From the IMG/VR virus record IMGVR_UViG_3300022700_000138: 64,000 nucleotides of DNA; one strand, written 5' to 3'. The notes under the pieces were generated by a model. The model saw only the letters and a program-made list of their open reading frames with translations, ran no database searches and was not told the origin of the DNA. The position numbers were made by a program, and so were the translations under genes. Origin of the DNA: an uncultured virus (IMG/VR IMGVR_UViG_3300022700_000138). Taxonomy: Duplodnaviria > Heunggongvirae > Uroviricota > Caudoviricetes. Of the stretch, positions 20,496-29,563 are shown one piece after another. Within the stretch, counting starts at the first letter, position 1. Every line of letters starts with the position of its first letter.

Positions 20496-22817
20496 ATGGC
20501 AAATGTAAGCGGAACACAGATAGTAACATCTGAGCAAGTTTACAAAGTTAGGGCGGAGCTGCAGTTCCGTACCCCAATAAGTAATATAGTCGACTATGTA
20601 AAGAACAATGACAGTGTAAAACTGGAAATAAAAGCCGATGCCGGCATACCAGAAACGTCCGTGTTTGTGGACGTAGTTGAGCTTAATCAAGGTAAAATAG
20701 GCAATACGTACATATACGAGATTCTGCTAACTCTTGATCCCGTTGGTACTACGCAGTCCCCTGCAAGCGCGCACGAACATGATTCTGATACTGTATTCCA
20801 CCCATTAAGGGAAGCATATCGTGACGGCCCAAATATAGACTTAGATGCAACTTTGGGCCCTGTGGAAATTTCCGCAGACGAACCAGACACGGTAGACTAC
20901 TTTAGGGTACAACAGGACTCGCACGACATTTTTCTTGTGCGAAAAGATGGAGTTATCTACATTGGTGGGAATACTCTATTCGATAACGATACGACATATG
21001 ATATTGGAAGCGCAGATGACGGAGTAACGTTATACCGTCCCCGGGATGTTTACATTGGGCGTGATTTGTGGGTAGCGAGCGATGCGTGGGTCAGCGAGTC
21101 CGTTACTACAACTGCGTACAAGTATTTCCCACAAACAAGTAATCCTAGTACCGATCCAACTGAACGTTTCTTATACTGGAGTTCGAATGACAATTTGCCT
21201 CATATGTGGGACGGAACCACAGATCAACCTATTATAGGTGGAGGCGGTACAGATTATGACGGCGTAATTTTCATAGAAAATCTCACTCCTGATATAGGAA
21301 ATATAAACTGTACTTTTGCAGAAAATAATACCAGAGTCACCACCGCGTCAGTAAGTCCAGACGTAACTACTATAACAGTGCATGTGTTCGCATACACTGG
21401 ACATGAGCAGGTAAGGCCGTCCGTACTAGTAAATGGGTCTCCTGTCACGTGGAGCACAACTCCACAGAAAGACCCAACTGCATACGAGGGTACAGTAGAT
21501 ATTACAGGTTTCACTTTACCGTTTACAATTACTGCTACACACCAAGACGGAAATTCCTACTCCGTCGACGTCGTCGCCGATGCCAAACCCCAAATAACCG
21601 ACCTGTCATTCGTGAACGGATATCCCGGTACGCAGACAGAATTAAAGGCAGGCGATACCTTCGATATAAATGTGCAGACAGATGTAGACTTCACAGCTGT
21701 AGAAGTTGAAGACAGTGGCGCATGTACCGCCTTAAGTTTCAGTGTAGGCGCAACATCCAATCATACCTTCACATCTAATATAGCCAATAGGGGTACTACC
21801 ACACAAGCGCTTCCTGCGCGCGTGCGGGTACAAAAAAGTACGGGTACATGGTCTGATTGGGTTTACACAAATGCTGGAGGTGGTACGGTTGACGGAACTG
21901 ACTTGGTAAATTTAAATAACACATATCCTTATATAGAACCTATGAACCAATCCAGTATAACATATCCGGTTGGCCAGCAAGCAATAAAAGATGCCGAGAC
22001 GGTCACGGTTCATTCTACCTGCAGTGATTTCGACAGCATAACCTACTCATCGCCATCTGGCGAATTATCTATCCCAAGCTCTGCTGCTTACGCAGAAAAT
22101 AAGTCAGGAGTTGCTAGGATATCTGGTGGGTATAACATAGCAACTGTTAATTATAGAATCAGTGCAAATAGATCTGCTAACGACGCCTCGTCGTCCGAAG
22201 ACTTAGTTGTTTACATTGCACATGACCAAGCACAAATACAAATGTCTGAACCTTACAACCGGCTACGTACAGGCGGTAATGACGGTACAAGTCCTCAGGA
22301 TTACTCTATTACGTTAACTAGCGACCAAAGACTTATTGCCGCTCCCACAATTGCAGCACCGCCCGCTGGCGGCGGGACTTGGTTAGGTGCTGGGTTCTCT
22401 GGCGGCCCGGAAATTTGGACCAGGGATCTTCAAGTTCATGACAACGATACAGTTGGTGCTTATAGTTATGGGTCTCTTGTAGCAACTAACCTAGCCAATC
22501 GAGTGACTACATCGTATACTGGAGACAGTTCTTACACTATTGGTGGTTTTGTCTCCCGTACGGTAACTCTTGCAGCATTTGCAAACGAAACCACATTTAA
22601 TGCCGCGGTTGCCGATTATAGTAAATGCACGCTAAACTGGGAGTTTAAGAGCCTCCCAAATCGACGCCCATTTAATACTACGGTTACACCTGATCCAAAC
22701 AGTTGGTGCTTTGCCGGTACCATTGGATCAAGCCCAACAACCGCTAGAATATTAGATACGGCAGCCACAGGATCCAGCTCAAATAATACCGACGTTACAG
22801 TTGAGGAGATCGTATAA
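20496..22817 (+). CDS. Putative virion structural protein with beta-sandwich domains
   Basis: 773 aa, T/S/G-rich, GAGG SD; stop overlaps next start (TAATG). Confidence 0.6.
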   Translation: MANVSGTQIVTSEQVYKVRAELQFRTPISNIVDYVKNNDSVKLEIKADAGIPETSVFVDVVELNQGKIGNTYIYEILLTLDPVGTTQSPASAHEHDSDTVFHPLREAYRDGPNIDLDATLGPVEISADEPDTVDYFRVQQDSHDIFLVRKDGVIYIGGNTLFDNDTTYDIGSADDGVTLYRPRDVYIGRDLWVASDAWVSESVTTTAYKYFPQTSNPSTDPTERFLYWSSNDNLPHMWDGTTDQPIIGGGGTDYDGVIFIENLTPDIGNINCTFAENNTRVTTASVSPDVTTITVHVFAYTGHEQVRPSVLVNGSPVTWSTTPQKDPTAYEGTVDITGFTLPFTITATHQDGNSYSVDVVADAKPQITDLSFVNGYPGTQTELKAGDTFDINVQTDVDFTAVEVEDSGACTALSFSVGATSNHTFTSNIANRGTTTQALPARVRVQKSTGTWSDWVYTNAGGGTVDGTDLVNLNNTYPYIEPMNQSSITYPVGQQAIKDAETVTVHSTCSDFDSITYSSPSGELSIPSSAAYAENKSGVARISGGYNIATVNYRISANRSANDASSSEDLVVYIAHDQAQIQMSEPYNRLRTGGNDGTSPQDYSITLTSDQRLIAAPTIAAPPAGGGTWLGAGFSGGPEIWTRDLQVHDNDTVGAYSYGSLVATNLANRVTTSYTGDSSYTIGGFVSRTVTLAAFANETTFNAAVADYSKCTLNWEFKSLPNRRPFNTTVTPDPNSWCFAGTIGSSPTTARILDTAATGSSSNNTDVTVEEIV

Positions 22818-23434
22818 TGGCGGATCCAGTCATCAATCAATTTGAGATTGAACGACGCGTCATTACGTGGTCTCCGCTTACTACGTTGAACGATGGGATC
22901 ACTCCTCTTGGGTATGACGGAGACCCCAACTTAGTTTCCCCTACAGGTACTCCAGGAGAACAGTGGCTATACAATTTACCTATAGGACAATTCTACAAGC
23001 AAAGTGACGCTACCCTTTGGTGGAAAAATGGTACCCCCAACACGTGGACTCAGGTATTAGGAGGAAGCTCCTCTACAAGCGTAGTCGGGACGTATTCAGG
23101 TGCAACCGTGTCAGTTGGGGATGCAGTTACCACCTCCGCTGCTGATACTGTAGTGCCAGCATTAGCGTCCGATGCAAGCCAGAATCCGGTTATCGGGATT
23201 TGCATTCAGAAACCAGATGCATCCACTGCTCTGATTCAACTTGCAGGAGAAGTCAGTGTATTTCCTGCATCTACCTTTACTGCGAACAAAAAATATTGGT
23301 TGTCTAACGCGGTTGCAGGAGCATTGGTTAATGATGTCAGTACATACTCAACCGGAGACGTAGTTCAATTGGTCGGAGTTAGCAAAAGCGATTCCGTTCT
23401 TACCTTACTATTGCACGCACCGACCGAGGTATAA
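22817..23434 (+). CDS. Protein with DUF2190/cement-like domain
   Basis: VGDAV...VIGIC...KYWLS...GALVNDVSTYSTGDVVQLVGV, closely resembling the C-terminus of 10188..13232. Confidence 0.6.
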   Translation: MADPVINQFEIERRVITWSPLTTLNDGITPLGYDGDPNLVSPTGTPGEQWLYNLPIGQFYKQSDATLWWKNGTPNTWTQVLGGSSSTSVVGTYSGATVSVGDAVTTSAADTVVPALASDASQNPVIGICIQKPDASTALIQLAGEVSVFPASTFTANKKYWLSNAVAGALVNDVSTYSTGDVVQLVGVSKSDSVLTLLLHAPTEV

Positions 23435-23883
23435 TGATGCCATTAGACATGCTAAAGGATGAAATTGACAAGGCAGGTCTCAGGACCGTAATGCAGCATA
23501 TTGATTTGGAAGAATTATTAGAAGAGATAGAAAATAATGGGGTGGATGACGCACTTACAGATGAAAGTTTATTCAGGTTTATTGAAAGTCTTGTACGTAT
23601 CGGAACGATTCCTGCAACCTGGCAAAAACTTTCCGAGCTTGGATGGACAGATGATGAGATATCGAGCTTGCTCGCTGTAGGGATTCTGTCCACGGTACCA
23701 ACTACGCTAAAAGCAGCAATAGGTTCGGGTGCTTTATCTCTAGACGAATTTGATGAGTTTGGGAGCTATCCTAACCAAGAAGTTGACATACTGTATTACG
23801 GAGAGCCGGCAAGAAATTTGTACTCTTGGTTTACGCGGCAGACTTCGCTGCCGAGAATCAGAGAGGATGCGTTCGCAGCATAG
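23434..23883 (+). CDS. Acidic hypothetical protein
   Basis: 149-aa ORF coupled to the previous gene (TAATG). Confidence 0.55.
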   Translation: MMPLDMLKDEIDKAGLRTVMQHIDLEELLEEIENNGVDDALTDESLFRFIESLVRIGTIPATWQKLSELGWTDDEISSLLAVGILSTVPTTLKAAIGSGALSLDEFDEFGSYPNQEVDILYYGEPARNLYSWFTRQTSLPRIREDAFAA

Positions 23884-23903
23884 TACTATTCTAGAGGAAA
23901 CAA

Positions 23904-25448
23904 ATGGCTGTAAAGATCACAAATAGTACTGACAAAAAACTGGTATTGCCGCTAGTAAACGGTAGAGTCTATCTAAAACCACGCGAATCCAGAATATACG
24001 AACGACTATCATACGACGAAGTTATAATATATCCCGCTTTTTCGGAGGCTATTAAAGGTAACCTTATAAAGGTAGAAAACCTAGATAATCTAGATATAAA
24101 ATTTAACTCTGATTGGGATAAGGGACCGCATTTAACGATAGGTGACTATGAATACTGGATTGATGCCCATGGTGTAACTCGAGTAAGAAATGGAAAACCG
24201 TTGTACGACGAGGATGGTGAGGTACTGGGGTCGGATAGCAGTGTAAAAGTTCCCATATACTCCGAAGCGATACCGGTGAGCGGCCGTACGTTTTCGCAGG
24301 TACGCTTATCCTTTTTCCGTTGGTTTCCCAATGAAGCGATGGGAACGTGGGATACTTTGTACAAATACTGCCTGTGGAGTATATCATACGATGGTGGTAC
24401 CAATTGGACTGGATATTTTAAGTTCGATACCGAAAGTGACTTTTTCACCTGGTTGGAATCTGTAGTTCCTTCCAGTGGTGGAACCTATACAGTTGGGTCT
24501 GTATTGTTCAGAATACGTGAACAAGTAGACACTCAAGATACATTTCCCAAATCCGTAGCTCATAGAAATTCGCTAGTGGCATCAATAATAGGTCGTGGAA
24601 ACTATAATTCAAGGTGGCCTGTAAATTGTTCGGGTGTTGATCCGCTATTTAACTCACCATCTTACTACAACAACTATTACAATGAGCTAGGTAGGCGCAT
24701 AGTACAGGCCAATACTGGGGTGCTTCCGGCTACAAACAACGACGGTGTTGTATGGCATACAAGAAGAACTAGAAGTAAGCACGGACTTCCGAAAGTTGGG
24801 ACCTACGTAACTATAAACTCGGGTGCCAGAGACGCAGTGTGGGATACCGTCGGATCTACTTGGGTTACACCAGCACCCGGAGGTTCCTATACAGTTCAAT
24901 CCCCGTTGTTGCTCACGGAATGGAATAGAAAAAAGCTTCTAAGTGTATCTGGATCACCTTCCAATACAGAATGGGGGATTGCCGCTACGAACTCTGTAAG
25001 CGCTATCATTTTTCCGGTTATAAATAGTGGATCCCCACAATATAGAGCGTATGTAATATATCCGTATAATTATGATTCCTTTTCCACCGAAAAATTCGAC
25101 ACGTCAGAGTATGAACTTACCATGAAACTTGTGTATCGTAATACTTCCAGGCCTATCTACAAAGTTGTACAACCATGGCCAACAGTAGGTTCAGACGGGG
25201 AGCACTTGATGTGGTCACACTGGACCGTAGTGTCTACTTCCCCTCTGAATGTGAGATCCGTGTTAAACGATAAAGCACCGGGCTCTTCTGGAAGGAATCC
25301 AGACAGCAACACATACCCAGACAGGGTGTATATAGCCAGGCGGCATAAAGAAGCCGGAATACGGTCAAACTGGTATCCGTTATATTCTATACGAAGAAGA
25401 ACTCCGTATTCCCCATATCGAATAATGCCGTCAAGACTTTATAGATGA
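23904..25448 (+). CDS. Putative virion protein
   Basis: N-terminal ~110 aa paralogous to 25911..26660 (YWIDAHGVTRVRNGKPLYDEDGEVLG). Confidence 0.55.
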   Translation: MAVKITNSTDKKLVLPLVNGRVYLKPRESRIYERLSYDEVIIYPAFSEAIKGNLIKVENLDNLDIKFNSDWDKGPHLTIGDYEYWIDAHGVTRVRNGKPLYDEDGEVLGSDSSVKVPIYSEAIPVSGRTFSQVRLSFFRWFPNEAMGTWDTLYKYCLWSISYDGGTNWTGYFKFDTESDFFTWLESVVPSSGGTYTVGSVLFRIREQVDTQDTFPKSVAHRNSLVASIIGRGNYNSRWPVNCSGVDPLFNSPSYYNNYYNELGRRIVQANTGVLPATNNDGVVWHTRRTRSKHGLPKVGTYVTINSGARDAVWDTVGSTWVTPAPGGSYTVQSPLLLTEWNRKKLLSVSGSPSNTEWGIAATNSVSAIIFPVINSGSPQYRAYVIYPYNYDSFSTEKFDTSEYELTMKLVYRNTSRPIYKVVQPWPTVGSDGEHLMWSHWTVVSTSPLNVRSVLNDKAPGSSGRNPDSNTYPDRVYIARRHKEAGIRSNWYPLYSIRRRTPYSPYRIMPSRLYR

Positions 25449-25462
25449 GCGCAGTTTTTGCG

Positions 25463-25547
25463 GAGCTATCCTGGTAGTAGGGATAGCATAAAGAGCTGCC
25501 CTGGTAGTAGGGGCAGCATAAAGAGCGGCCCTGGTAGTAGGGGCCGC
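25463..25547. repeat. Three tandem 30-bp hairpin repeats with invariant loop TGGTAGTAG
   Basis: Stems GCTATCC/GGATAGC, GCTGCCC/GGGCAGC, GCGGCCC/GGGCCGC joined by ATAAAGA linkers. Confidence 0.92.
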
Positions 25548-25595
25548 TTACTAATACGCATCACGAGTATAAGCTGCTGCGTATTAGTAAGCGGC
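25543..25595. repeat. Perfect 18-bp inverted repeat with 17-nt loop
   Basis: GCCGCTTACTAATACGCA (25543-25560) / TGCGTATTAGTAAGCGGC (25578-25595). Confidence 0.92.
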
Positions 25596-25617
25596 TATCG
25601 ATACTAGGAGAAGAAAA

Positions 25618-25881
25618 ATGGCAGTATACGTCGATGCTGGAGGCCAGACTATCGGTACAAAACATATCGCAACTGTACGTCTGCAAGGAGAGTCTACCCT
25701 TGACGTTGAAGTAGTTTCCGACGGATCGAAAACTGTCCTGGACTTAATCAAAGAAACCGCAACTAGCTTAATAGAGACTACAGCTGGTGACGACCTCAAT
25801 TGGTCGGAGCTTAAAGCGGTCCCTGCAGAGGGCGAAGTCGTAAAAATTTCTATTGGTGCCCTAGCCGAGCGTTCAGAGTAG
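25618..25881 (+). CDS. Hypothetical protein
   Basis: 87 aa, AGGAG SD. Confidence 0.6.
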   Translation: MAVYVDAGGQTIGTKHIATVRLQGESTLDVEVVSDGSKTVLDLIKETATSLIETTAGDDLNWSELKAVPAEGEVVKISIGALAERSE

Positions 25882-25910
25882 GTGCCTTGTAACCGTAAGG
25901 TTTACATAAC

Positions 25911-26660
25911 ATGGCCATTTTAGTCACAAATAACCTGGATAGTATACTATATATAGGTAGCACTATAAATAGAAGTATTGGTGCGCGCGCGTCCAAAATA
26001 ATAGAATTTGTTGCATACGATGATGCTATAAACGAACCGGAAATAGATCGACTACTAAGAAGGGACTACATAAGTATCGTAAATCTGGATGCACTGGGCA
26101 GCACATACGCAGCAGGTTGGAACCAAGAGCCAAAACTAAAACTAGGCACATATACTTTTTGGATCGACGCGCTAAGCCAGCTCAGAATGAAGTCAGGCAC
26201 GCCAACATCAGACACCGACGGCGTAGTTATTGGTCCTGGCGGGGCTCCATTACCCCACGGCAATACGCACGTGTTCACCGGTTCAGACCCGATACCAAAC
26301 ATTGAGGTTGTTGAGGCGCAATACACGTGCACGGTGGCTGAACAAGTTAGGGATGTGGTGTTCGAAGCAGCTTCGAACTTTGTTCGACAAGCTAATGCTG
26401 GTATAGCCGGTAATATGCCGGCCGTGGGAGTTATCATTTCTAAGCCCACCCCTACAACCTGCATTTTAGCTCAATCAGGTGAGATACCCGGATATTCTGG
26501 GCTAAGTCCTGGTGCTCCATATTTCGTGTCCAACTCGGTTCCAGGAACGATCACGCCTGTTGCGCCAAGTGGTTCTGGTCACTTCGTCCAGAGAATTGGA
26601 TACTCAAAAAACGGTACAACTCTGAGGTTGGAAATATATCCACCAACAAAAAAAGCTTGA
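25911..26660 (+). CDS. Fibre-associated protein with C-terminal cement-like domain
   Basis: FWIDALSQLRMKSGTPTSDTDG motif plus AVGVI...PYFVS...FVQRIGY domain. Confidence 0.6.
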   Translation: MAILVTNNLDSILYIGSTINRSIGARASKIIEFVAYDDAINEPEIDRLLRRDYISIVNLDALGSTYAAGWNQEPKLKLGTYTFWIDALSQLRMKSGTPTSDTDGVVIGPGGAPLPHGNTHVFTGSDPIPNIEVVEAQYTCTVAEQVRDVVFEAASNFVRQANAGIAGNMPAVGVIISKPTPTTCILAQSGEIPGYSGLSPGAPYFVSNSVPGTITPVAPSGSGHFVQRIGYSKNGTTLRLEIYPPTKKA

Positions 26661-26668
26661 GGTAAGGT

Positions 26669-26872
26669 ATGGCACAATTTCGATATATAGGATCCGCCCC
26701 GCCGAGGCCAGACGGGACCTACACTTTCAGGGTCCGGTCCAAAAATTTCTCTGTTACCTTCAACGATGGAGAAACTTTTGAGGTCCCGGATTCAGAAGAG
26801 TTCGTATTGAAGTGCATTAGAGGCATTCTGGACTTCGATACCCAAACAAACTCATACGAAGAAGTTCTGTAG
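26669..26872 (+). CDS. Small hypothetical protein
   Basis: 67 aa, GAGG/AAGG SD, tight packing. Confidence 0.5.
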   Translation: MAQFRYIGSAPPRPDGTYTFRVRSKNFSVTFNDGETFEVPDSEEFVLKCIRGILDFDTQTNSYEEVL

Positions 26873-26884
26873 GAGGCGGAGCAA

Positions 26885-28963
26885 ATGGCAGATTTAAGAG
26901 CACAAGCACTCGACACAACCGGATTTGGGTACGTAGAAGTAGCCGATTCGGATAAGCTGCTAATCGGTAATATAGCTCCGTCTAGCGGAAATCTGACGAT
27001 TGGGGGCGCCAGCGCAACCGACAGCGTTGTCATTGATGTAAATAATGATTTAAGTATTTCGGGTGACGGGGTACTTAACCTGACTGGTACTGGAAATCTC
27101 AACATTACCGGTACGGGCACCCACGTCATTTCTGGGGGGGCGCTTGATGTAGACGTAACGTCAGACTTTTCTGCCGATATGACACTTAGCAGCGGTGCTA
27201 ATCTGTCCGGGTCAACCGGATCGGCACTATCTGGATTCGACTCCATTGAGGGTATCTCATCCGGTGACCTGCTAGATAAAACAGCCGCAGAAACGATCAC
27301 CGGTCAGTATACCTTCCAGGCGGGAGCTGCCACAAACCCGAAGCTTGTTGTACAAGCTGCGGGAGGCGAGGCCGCGGACACAATCCTATTCCAGGTTCAA
27401 ACCAGTGCTGGGGGAAATTTATTTTCAGTTGACACTGAGGGAGACGTTGTAGTTGCTGGCGGCGAAACCGTTGCCGGTTCTACTATTTACACCGGAGATA
27501 TTACCCTTGGTGATGGTGGTAATACCATTCAGCTAGGATCGGCGGCCAGTCCCGCGAATGGGGATAGAGTATATATCAATACAACGGGCACCACCGACGG
27601 TAGCTTCTCGATTACGTCGGCTAACTTAAATATAGATACCTCTGGAAATATTGACACTGACGGCAATATAACCCTTAACGATGGTGGTTCCATCAACTCT
27701 ACCAATAATGGTGATATCACCATTGATGCAGATGGTTCTGGGGTTGTAAACGTAGCAGACAATCTGAATGCCCAAAATGGGCTTGATGTAACCAATTCGG
27801 CCCTAACTGCTGATTCCGGTCTTACACTAACGACTACCGGCATTACCATGACCGGTCTTGACATCGGTACATCCGCCAACAGAGCCGGAACTGGCTACTT
27901 TGATACTATCGACGCTACTACGATTACCGGTGCAATTGTCGCGGATGGCACCAACTCGAACATTTGGGTAGTTAATGAAGATGCAGTCTCTGGTACCTCC
28001 GAGGACTCAGCCCTTGTCCAAGAAGCTGGTGACGGGTCCAACCTGCACGTTTGGCAAACAATCAACGACAGTTCCGCGGTACAAAATATCCTAAGGTACA
28101 AACAGGATCCAACTGACCCGAAGGATATCGCTGAAGCTGGCTACACTGATGTGGTCGTATACGATGGGCCGACAGCTGGGGTCTCGTTTTCGGGCAACGT
28201 AGATGCACAATCGGGACTAGACGTTACTGGTGCGGCTCTAACCATAGACTCTAACGGTATTGACTGCGGCGGAAATATAGACCTGAATGGCACACTCAGT
28301 TTCGATGCCGCAGGAACGATTGATACGAGTGGCAATAATAACCTTACCGTCGACGCGGGCTCCGCGAGCGTACTAGTCACTGCAGGAACAGTTGATCTGC
28401 AAACCAACGTCACCGCCTTAGACGTACCCAGTAATACCGGATTCTCAATTGGTGGCACGGCTCTTACAACCACCAGCTTTACTGCAACCGCTGCCGATGT
28501 AATCTTCGGTGATGGCACCGGGGATGCGGATCCATATCATACTCATGGTAGCGCGGCCTCTGCAGATCAAATCGTACTTGACAGCCTGACTACGGCTGCC
28601 ATGAGCCAGTACCAAGCTGGATACACCAGTTCAGACAACACAGTCTCTCCGACAGACTGCAGCTCCACCTCTGGCACTTACTTAACTGCTACATTCACCG
28701 GTGTATATGATGGTGTTAGTGGAGAAATGGTAAATGCTGGAAAAGTCGAGGTACAATTCGATACAGGACTTACCCCGGCACCTGTAGCGGGAGATCCAGC
28801 TATTCTTAGCTGGGTGAACACTGGGCAGTTTAGAAATAGGGCACCTGCTTCTGGTTCTGGACATTTCCTCACTTGGGCCGGGGTAGTTCTGGATGCTAGT
28901 AACTATAGCACCAATCAGCGGTGTGTTGTAATCCTACAACCCAACCGACCTGTCAAGCGCTAA
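26885..28963 (+). CDS. Fibre protein with divergent C-terminal cement-like domain
   Basis: G/T/S/D-rich 692 aa; ends APASGSGHFLTWAGVV. Confidence 0.65.
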   Translation: MADLRAQALDTTGFGYVEVADSDKLLIGNIAPSSGNLTIGGASATDSVVIDVNNDLSISGDGVLNLTGTGNLNITGTGTHVISGGALDVDVTSDFSADMTLSSGANLSGSTGSALSGFDSIEGISSGDLLDKTAAETITGQYTFQAGAATNPKLVVQAAGGEAADTILFQVQTSAGGNLFSVDTEGDVVVAGGETVAGSTIYTGDITLGDGGNTIQLGSAASPANGDRVYINTTGTTDGSFSITSANLNIDTSGNIDTDGNITLNDGGSINSTNNGDITIDADGSGVVNVADNLNAQNGLDVTNSALTADSGLTLTTTGITMTGLDIGTSANRAGTGYFDTIDATTITGAIVADGTNSNIWVVNEDAVSGTSEDSALVQEAGDGSNLHVWQTINDSSAVQNILRYKQDPTDPKDIAEAGYTDVVVYDGPTAGVSFSGNVDAQSGLDVTGAALTIDSNGIDCGGNIDLNGTLSFDAAGTIDTSGNNNLTVDAGSASVLVTAGTVDLQTNVTALDVPSNTGFSIGGTALTTTSFTATAADVIFGDGTGDADPYHTHGSAASADQIVLDSLTTAAMSQYQAGYTSSDNTVSPTDCSSTSGTYLTATFTGVYDGVSGEMVNAGKVEVQFDTGLTPAPVAGDPAILSWVNTGQFRNRAPASGSGHFLTWAGVVLDASNYSTNQRCVVILQPNRPVKR

Positions 28964-28985
28964 TCTGCTTATCTGGTAAGTTGAC

Positions 28986-29558
28986 ATGGCTGACAAGTAT
29001 CCAGTTGTGTTAGATGATCTCGGGACCCAGGAACTGGGTCCCGGGTCCTCTGATACTCTGGTTGTCGAAAATATAAACATTGAAGGTGGATTCAAGCTTC
29101 CGCAGGGGTCTACTAAACCCGCTTCTCCTGCTGACGGCGACCTGTGGTATGACAATTCCAGTGGTGAGCGTATTTTGTACGTGTATGACGGTAACCGATC
29201 TAAGTGGCTGTCGTCGAATGAATACGTACTGCAATGGGGACATGATAACGCGGATGGGCAACTGTTGCGCGGTCCGGGAGTTGTCTTCCCTGGTTCAGGT
29301 ACAGGCGTGCTAATACCACATGATTGTACCATAGTTCGTATTACTGCTCATCAAAGAACGGGTCCTTCCACAAAACAAATAGATATTCTAGTTAATGGGT
29401 CTTCTGTTTTAAACTTCAGTCTGTCTTCCGACGTATATAAAAGTAATGCCGTGGACCAGGACATTAACGAAGACGATGAATTATGGGTTGAAGCAGATAG
29501 TGCGGAAAGCAGTTCCAGTGACCTAACAGTGGTGCTCTGGATTGCTTGGCGAGGCTGA
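28986..29558 (+). CDS. Putative fibre-associated protein
   Basis: PASPADGDLWYD...LYVYDG motif common in tail-fibre modules. Confidence 0.55.
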   Translation: MADKYPVVLDDLGTQELGPGSSDTLVVENINIEGGFKLPQGSTKPASPADGDLWYDNSSGERILYVYDGNRSKWLSSNEYVLQWGHDNADGQLLRGPGVVFPGSGTGVLIPHDCTIVRITAHQRTGPSTKQIDILVNGSSVLNFSLSSDVYKSNAVDQDINEDDELWVEADSAESSSSDLTVVLWIAWRG

Positions 29559-29563
29559 TAACT

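Noticed and set aside
25463..25547. CRISPR array
   Set aside because: Units are contiguous 30-mers with no unique spacers; no cas genes in the window
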